Below are positions 25,452 to 30,361 of a stretch of 30,361 nucleotides of DNA, piece after piece. The DNA is from a virus (taxonomy: Duplodnaviria > Caudoviricetes), in the IMG/VR virus record IMGVR_UViG_3300025018_000418, positions 1-30,361 of that record. One strand, 5' to 3'. Position 1 is the first letter of the stretch. Each line of letters starts with the position of its first letter. The notes below the pieces were generated by a model. That model saw only the letters and a list, made by a program, of their open reading frames with translations, did no database searches and was not told where the DNA came from. The translations under genes and the position numbers were made by a program.

Positions 25452-27737
25452 ATGGTCCTCCACGCATCTTCGATTCGGGCAGTCGGAGGAGACTACTCAA
25501 CGATCTCAGCGTGGGAAGCTGCGACTGACTACAGTCTTACAGACATCCAAGACTGGACTGTATCGGGAATTGTCGGCTCGTTTAATCCTGGCGATCCTAT
25601 TCAGGACTCAGCAACCGCTACTAAGACAGCTATCGTGCGATGGCACGATATTACCAGCGGGGAGCTCTATGTCTCAGATGTTGTTGGTACTTGGGCTATT
25701 ACGGATTCGTTCGAGGATAGTACCACAGGGACGAATACAGGAACTATTGACGCTCTGAACGGCGACCCAGGAACATGGATCGAGAAAGGTGAATTAGCAA
25801 ACGAAATCTACAATGAAGGCGCAACAATCATTATCGGCGACGCTACTACAGACGAAACGCACTTTCGCCGCTTATCAGGAGATCAGGTCAAACACAATGG
25901 AACCTGGGCGGGACGTACTGCAACAATAACCGAGACACTACGTGTACTGAACATAATGAATGAGAATTACGTCGAATGCGAATGGTTCGCTGTAGGCGTA
26001 ACAACTGCTGTTGGAGGAAACAACAATCGCGGTATCACTCCCAGTTCCGTGACAAGCACTCCTGGCAGTCACTTCTCGAAGTATCGCTATCTTATCATTC
26101 ATCACGCGGATCAGTCATCCACTTCGGCAGTATCTTTCTCCTGGGGATTGACTGCTGGAGATTTCTCTAATGGTCTGATTGCACAGAACTGCGTTGTAAG
26201 TGGTCGATTCGGTGACGGGTTTATAGACAGAGGCAGTCCTCGCGATGCTGTCTGGGAATACTGTGTAGGTCATAACTGTATAAATACAGGCATCTTAGAC
26301 GGTGTCCCTCTAAACTCGATCGCATTCGGTAATCTCGGGCAAGGTTTCTTAAATTCACGTGCGGGTAGTGATTACTGCGCTGCGGATGATACTTCAGCAC
26401 CGGGAATCCATTCAGTCCAAAGCATTCTCAACCCGTTCGTCGATGCCGCCAACGGAGACTTCCACCTTTCGAGCGACGCAACGGATGTTTCAGCTAAGGG
26501 CACAGCAACGGCAACGGCTATAGACGATATCGACGGCGATATCCGCAGTTTGACGACTCCTGATATAGGCGTAGACGAGTTCATTGCAGCGGGAGGTCTC
26601 ACTGCTCTGCTGCTCGCAGCAACTGCGGACGCCGATGCCTTCGATGTAGTGGCCAATCTCCAAGCGGCGCTTGATGCCCTGCTGCTCGCAGCAACTGCGG
26701 ACGCCGATGCCTTCGATGTAGTAGCCAATCTCCAAGCAGCGCTTGCGGCCCTGCTGCTCACAGCGACTGCGGACGCCGACGCCTTCGATGTGGTGGCATC
26801 CGTTGGATCTTTGACTGCCCTGCTGCTCGCAGCGACTGCGGATGCCGACGCCTTCGAAGTGGTGGCCAATCTCCAAGCGGCGCTTGATGCCCTGCTGCTC
26901 GCAGCGACTGCGGACGCCGACGCCTTCGAAGTGGTGGCCAATCTCCAAGCAGCGCTTGCGGCCCTGCTGCTAGCAGCGACTGCGGACGCCGACGCCTTTG
27001 ATGTGGTGGCATCCGTTGGATCTTTGACTGCCCTGCTGCTCGCAGCCACTGCGGACACCGACGCCTTCGATGTGGTGGCATCCGTTGGATCTTTGACTGC
27101 CCTGCTGCTCGCAGCGACTGCGGATGCCGACGCCTTCGAAGTGGTGGCCAATCTCCAAGCGGCGCTTGCGGCCCTGCTGCTAGCAGCGACTGCGGACGCC
27201 GATGCCTTCGATGTAGTAGCCAATCTCCAAGCAGCGCTTGCGGCCCTGCTGCTCGCAGCGACTGCGGATGCCGACGCCTTCGAAGTGGTGGCCAATCTCC
27301 AAGCGGCGCTTGATGCCCTGCTGCTCGCAGCGACTGCGGACGCCGATGCCTTCGATGTAGTAGCCAATCTCCAAGCAGCGCTTGCGGCCCTGCTGCTCGC
27401 AGCGACTGCGGATGCCGATGCTTTCGAAGTGTCAGCCAGCCTCCAGACCGCGCTTGCGGCTCTTCTGTTCTCAGCGACTGCGGACGCCGACGCCTTCGAT
27501 GTAGTGGCCAATCTCCAAGCTGCTCTTGCGGCTTTGTTACAAACGGCCACCGTCATAACTGATGGGGCGAACGTGTCCGCAAACCCGCAGGCTGCGCTTT
27601 CCGCTTTGCTGGAAACGGGTCTGATCGAAGTGGACGTCTTCGAGGTGGTTGCAGGAGAACTGGTTCGCGTGGTAGGCAAGCTGCGTGTGACAGCTAATAT
27701 CGTTGTTCCGTTCTCCCTAGGACGATTCTCTGTTTAG
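25452..27737 (+). CDS. Putative fibre/adhesin: beta-helix-like N-terminal domain plus long C-terminal 23/24-aa repeat array
   Basis: GGDYSTISAWEA N-cap and PFVDAANGDFHL...DIDGDIR...PDIGVDEF C-cap motif typical of parallel beta-helix proteins, followed by LLLAATADADAFDVV repeats. Confidence 0.7.
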   Translation: MVLHASSIRAVGGDYSTISAWEAATDYSLTDIQDWTVSGIVGSFNPGDPIQDSATATKTAIVRWHDITSGELYVSDVVGTWAITDSFEDSTTGTNTGTIDALNGDPGTWIEKGELANEIYNEGATIIIGDATTDETHFRRLSGDQVKHNGTWAGRTATITETLRVLNIMNENYVECEWFAVGVTTAVGGNNNRGITPSSVTSTPGSHFSKYRYLIIHHADQSSTSAVSFSWGLTAGDFSNGLIAQNCVVSGRFGDGFIDRGSPRDAVWEYCVGHNCINTGILDGVPLNSIAFGNLGQGFLNSRAGSDYCAADDTSAPGIHSVQSILNPFVDAANGDFHLSSDATDVSAKGTATATAIDDIDGDIRSLTTPDIGVDEFIAAGGLTALLLAATADADAFDVVANLQAALDALLLAATADADAFDVVANLQAALAALLLTATADADAFDVVASVGSLTALLLAATADADAFEVVANLQAALDALLLAATADADAFEVVANLQAALAALLLAATADADAFDVVASVGSLTALLLAATADTDAFDVVASVGSLTALLLAATADADAFEVVANLQAALAALLLAATADADAFDVVANLQAALAALLLAATADADAFEVVANLQAALDALLLAATADADAFDVVANLQAALAALLLAATADADAFEVSASLQTALAALLFSATADADAFDVVANLQAALAALLQTATVITDGANVSANPQAALSALLETGLIEVDVFEVVAGELVRVVGKLRVTANIVVPFSLGRFSV
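26607..27677 (+). repeat. Tandem array of 72-bp and 69-bp coding repeats (13 conserved + 2 degenerate)
   Basis: Units start at 26607, 26679, 26751, 26820, 26892, 26964, 27033, 27102, 27174, 27246, 27318, 27390, 27462, 27534 and 27606. Confidence 0.95.
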
Positions 27738-27755
27738 GGTCAAAGATGCGTTCGA

Positions 27756-27763
27756 GGTATAAT
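27756..27763 (+). promoter_or_regulatory. -10 element GGTATAAT, probable leaderless start
   Basis: Lies 6 nt before ATG 27770 with no SD. Confidence 0.55.
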
Positions 27764-27769
27764 TGAAAG

Positions 27770-28096
27770 ATGAACATCCCCGAGCGATCTACAGCCGCAA
27801 TCGACCTCACGTTCAAGGATGAGAATGGAGATCTGATAGCCGTGGCATCTGTGACTGCCTTGGTGCTTGAGGTGTTCGGGAGATCTTCATCTCCCCTATT
27901 TCAGATTACGTCACTACCCGTGACTAATCCCCAACGTTATGTTCTAGATCTGACTACCTATGATCTAGACTCTGTCGGTAGTAGGATCAGCGTAGAGTTC
28001 AAGATGACATACAACAGCACGACTCTCGGCATCGGCGCAGTGTTGCGCGGGGGTCCTTTCAGGGCAATTTTCACTAACTCTAGAGTAGGAAGCTAA
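27770..28096 (+). CDS. Small Ig-like (BppU-N-like) structural protein
   Basis: 108 aa, with an N-terminal IDLTFKDENGDLI.V pattern. Confidence 0.5.
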   Translation: MNIPERSTAAIDLTFKDENGDLIAVASVTALVLEVFGRSSSPLFQITSLPVTNPQRYVLDLTTYDLDSVGSRISVEFKMTYNSTTLGIGAVLRGGPFRAIFTNSRVGS

Positions 28097-28100
28097 TCCC

Positions 28101-28460
28101 ATGGAAATCACCATCAACTCCGTATCAGCCACCTTTCGCGTAACTGACGTGAACGGAAATCCTGTCCCTAACCTGATTGTTTCCCCGAAATACGCAGACG
28201 ATGTCGTACACGATATCGTCGCAGGTGGCACGGTCATACTCGGGGTGTCGGTGCAAAATGCGAACAACGGCCCTTTCACGGTGAGCGATATCGTTCCTCG
28301 ACTCCAGAGCGGCCCTGCCATCTTGTCGGAAGCCTCTGCGTTGTTCGATGTACCTGTCGGCACTGCAGACGGAGAAATTTTGTGCCGTGCTCGTGCGGAT
28401 GCGCGACTGGGTACCGTCAACAGCGTCTATATTCTGGACCTTGTTGTAGAGGCTGCATAA
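28101..28460 (+). CDS. Small beta-rich hypothetical protein
   Basis: 119 aa, FRVTDVNGNPVPNL Ig-like pattern. Confidence 0.6.
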   Translation: MEITINSVSATFRVTDVNGNPVPNLIVSPKYADDVVHDIVAGGTVILGVSVQNANNGPFTVSDIVPRLQSGPAILSEASALFDVPVGTADGEILCRARADARLGTVNSVYILDLVVEAA

Positions 28461-28789
28461 TGTCCGTAGCTGTAGACGAACGCTCGGTCGCAGGAACTGC
28501 TCCTGCACCTGAGGAAGGCATCACCATCAATCCTCGTGCGTGGATGCGGTGGCTGTCCACGATCTTTGGCTCGATGGGAGCTATCCCAGCTAGTGTCGTT
28601 CTGGTATGGCTTATCTGGGGTACAGACATTTCCAATTACTTCGCAGATCTACGTCTGGCGCATGCTTCTCTCATTGAAGCCAACCAGTCGCTTGTTGAGG
28701 TCCGCAAAGCACAAGGGCTCTGGTACGATGCATCCGCAGCCAAGTTCAAGGCAGAGACGGATAAAATTACAGGAACGACTGCTCCTTAG
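28460..28789 (+). CDS. Single-pass membrane protein
   Basis: ATG 28460 overlaps the upstream TAA (preferred over 28382). Hydrophobic segment IFGSMGAIPASVVLVWLIW followed by a helical tail. Confidence 0.6.
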   Translation: MSVAVDERSVAGTAPAPEEGITINPRAWMRWLSTIFGSMGAIPASVVLVWLIWGTDISNYFADLRLAHASLIEANQSLVEVRKAQGLWYDASAAKFKAETDKITGTTAP

Positions 28790-29085
28790 GGCACGCTCGG
28801 ATACTCTCTGACGTACGGGCCATTGTTGAGAGAATACCAGTAGAGACCGGTTTCCTTCTCCCAGAAGAAGCCAATGCTCCAAGCATGTCTTTGCTGCCTG
28901 TTTTGATACCACGAACTGACGGGGCCATCTGTCTGCATAGGGCCGAATGCTGTGCCAACTGGAATAAAGGTTCCGAACTTAGTGCGTTCGGGAATCTTGG
29001 GCAAGATCGGTACTTCCTCGCCGGGCAGAGGTTCATCGGCATAACATCCGGTCAGCAGAATGAATGTCAGGGCTAGTCCTCTCAT
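28786..29085 (-). CDS. Putative lipoprotein
   Basis: MRGLALTFILLTGC signal with lipobox LTG-C. Confidence 0.65.
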   Translation of the reverse strand: MRGLALTFILLTGCYADEPLPGEEVPILPKIPERTKFGTFIPVGTAFGPMQTDGPVSSWYQNRQQRHAWSIGFFWEKETGLYWYSLNNGPYVREYPSVP

Positions 29086-29252
29086 CTCTGTTCCTCGCGA
29101 TTCTCCAAGTTCCTATATGGCATCCTGATAGATGTCGGAGGGTTTATTTCTCCTGAACACGCCACTAACCAGAATAGCCAAAGCAGGATAACGGTCGTCA
29201 TTAGCAGTCCTAGAAACATTTCACACAGGGTGTCTTTACTCTTGGATGTCAC
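29082..29252 (-). CDS. Small membrane protein / possible lipoprotein (not in ORF track)
   Basis: GTG 29252 with upstream AAGGAG (or ATG 29219): MTSKSKDTLCEMFLGLLMTTVILLWLFWLVACSGEINPP...QR*. ATGA overlap with the next gene. Confidence 0.55.
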   Translation of the reverse strand: MTSKSKDTLCEMFLGLLMTTVILLWLFWLVACSGEINPPTSIRMPYRNLENREEQR

Positions 29253-29257
29253 GGTCT

Positions 29258-29509
29258 TCAGATCTCCTTCATCGTGCCGTCTGGATACTTGCGGCGAATG
29301 TTGGTGAGTTTCTGTTTCGGTCGCGACGTGCTCTTGCCGACATGTCCTGCGGGGCCCAGGTGTGTCGCGAGAACCAGGGAGAGGTTGTGGCTAGTACCCT
29401 GTAATCGCATCTCTCGATAGCACTGATATATGTCCGTGCCTTCATAGCATCGAAGTTCTTCGGCCTCTCGTTCCGACAGGACGATTTCTTGTTTTTCCAT
29501 CTTCATCAT
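29258..29509 (-). CDS. Hypothetical protein
   Basis: 83 aa, overlapping the stop of the RuvC-like gene. Confidence 0.6.
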   Translation of the reverse strand: MMKMEKQEIVLSEREAEELRCYEGTDIYQCYREMRLQGTSHNLSLVLATHLGPAGHVGKSTSRPKQKLTNIRRKYPDGTMKEI

Positions 29510-30084
29510 CCTTTCGCTTTCTTAGCACGCTTTCTTGCTGCTGTGCGCAGGTCATTCTTGTCACTCCGTCGTTGTTGTTGTCTGCTGCTGGCCCATAATG
29601 CAATGCCGACCGCGTCCATGAGATGGCCTCGTCTGGCGTCGGGGAGATCTAGCAGCGCAGTCTTGATTTTATTGTCAACGAGCGTGCGTAGAGTCTGCGC
29701 GTGGTTCGCCATCTTTGATTGTTGACCTTTCCACTCAGGAGCGGTCGGCATTACTATGATGCTATTAGGGAAGTGCTCAGCAGACCATGCAACCACGGCG
29801 CCTCCGGTGCTGGCCACCCGGATCAGTCCGTTCAGGCCATGCACCTTTAGTCGGTTTGTTGTGCTTTGATCGTAGACCCTCATCTGTTCGATAGCTACGA
29901 TGCTCGGTGCGCTTGGCAGGTCCCGCATTCTGAGTTTCGAAAGCTCTCTGGCTGTAGCCACGACAGCATCTTCCTCCTTTAGGTCAGGATGCACGTACGC
30001 TTGCCAGAATGCCACGAGAGAGCTTCCGTCAGTGACGGCGATAGCCAATTTGTGGGTATCAGGGTCACATCCTAGAGTCAACAT
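29506..30084 (-). CDS. RuvC-like Holliday junction resolvase
   Basis: LGCDPD, VAIEQ, P.EWKG..SK and HLMDAVGIAL acidic catalytic motifs. Confidence 0.85.
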   Translation of the reverse strand: MLTLGCDPDTHKLAIAVTDGSSLVAFWQAYVHPDLKEEDAVVATARELSKLRMRDLPSAPSIVAIEQMRVYDQSTTNRLKVHGLNGLIRVASTGGAVVAWSAEHFPNSIIVMPTAPEWKGQQSKMANHAQTLRTLVDNKIKTALLDLPDARRGHLMDAVGIALWASSRQQQRRSDKNDLRTAARKRAKKAKG

Positions 30085-30088
30085 ATTA

Positions 30089-30100
30089 TGCTATACTATC
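30089..30100. promoter_or_regulatory. Overlapping divergent -10 elements
   Basis: Plus strand TGCTATACT (30089-30097). Minus strand (T)GATAGTAT (30093-30100) lies 8 nt before the RuvC-like ATG. Confidence 0.4.
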
Positions 30101-30155
30101 AAAAGCGCGGTAACTGTCAAACATGCAGTCCTCCTCTATTCAGGAACAATCTACG

Positions 30156-30361
30156 ATGTCTGTCAACGATATTGCGCTGATCTATGCAAAACTAGACGCT
30201 CTAGTCACTCTTCTAGAAGAACGAGCCAGGTCAGACCTCGCCGCTCGTGCCACTGACCGTGTGCGTATTCGTCGTCTGGAACTGCGCGTGGAAGGCCCTG
30301 ACGAAGCTCCCGAGAAAGGGGTTGTCGTCCGTCTTGATCGTGTCGAGCAGTGGAAAGGTCG
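30156..30361 (+). CDS. 5' part of a coiled-coil hypothetical protein (truncated)
   Basis: MSVNDIALIYAKLDALVTLLEERAR...KGVVVRLDRVEQWKG is open to the window end. Alternative in-frame ATG at 30123. Confidence 0.6.
   Translation, partial: MSVNDIALIYAKLDALVTLLEERARSDLAARATDRVRIRRLELRVEGPDEAPEKGVVVRLDRVEQWKG

Noticed and set aside
26607-27677. Possible CRISPR array
   Set aside because: Units are contiguous in-frame coding repeats without unique spacers, and no cas genes are present.
26372-27679. 435-aa antisense ORF and other short antisense ORFs over the repeat array
   Set aside because: These are shadows of the stop-free tandem repeat. They have no RBS, and the + strand gene has recognisable domains.
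1-30361. Stop-codon reassignment, tRNA genes, integrase/att sites
   Set aside because: Genes are full length in the standard code using all three stops, and no cloverleaf or integrase motifs were seen.

Overview
This window is a segment of a tailed dsDNA phage or prophage, most likely a siphovirus because no tail sheath gene is visible. It holds the packaging and morphogenesis region: TerS/TerL, a PBSX-type portal plus a neck-like gene inverted onto the minus strand, an XkdF-like protease/scaffold, a lambda-D-like decoration protein, a lambda-E-like major capsid protein, neck genes and a tail tube. These are followed by tail assembly chaperones with a -1 slippery site, a 1578-aa repeat-rich tape measure protein, and distal tail, hub, tip and fibre genes. 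Next come an accessory GNAT acetyltransferase cassette bracketed by structured non-coding DNA, a second fibre-like module with a 72/69-bp tandem repeat array, small membrane/lipoprotein genes and a RuvC-like resolvase. The best candidate for an undescribed system is the GNAT cassette (about 23650-24450). A separately promoted RNA of about 75 nt just downstream of the gene has a 5' hairpin complementary (16 of 17 positions, including G-U pairs) to the GNAT start-codon region, suggesting an RNA-antitoxin or fold-back-controlled acetyltransferase. All family assignments come from motif recognition by eye, not from database searches.
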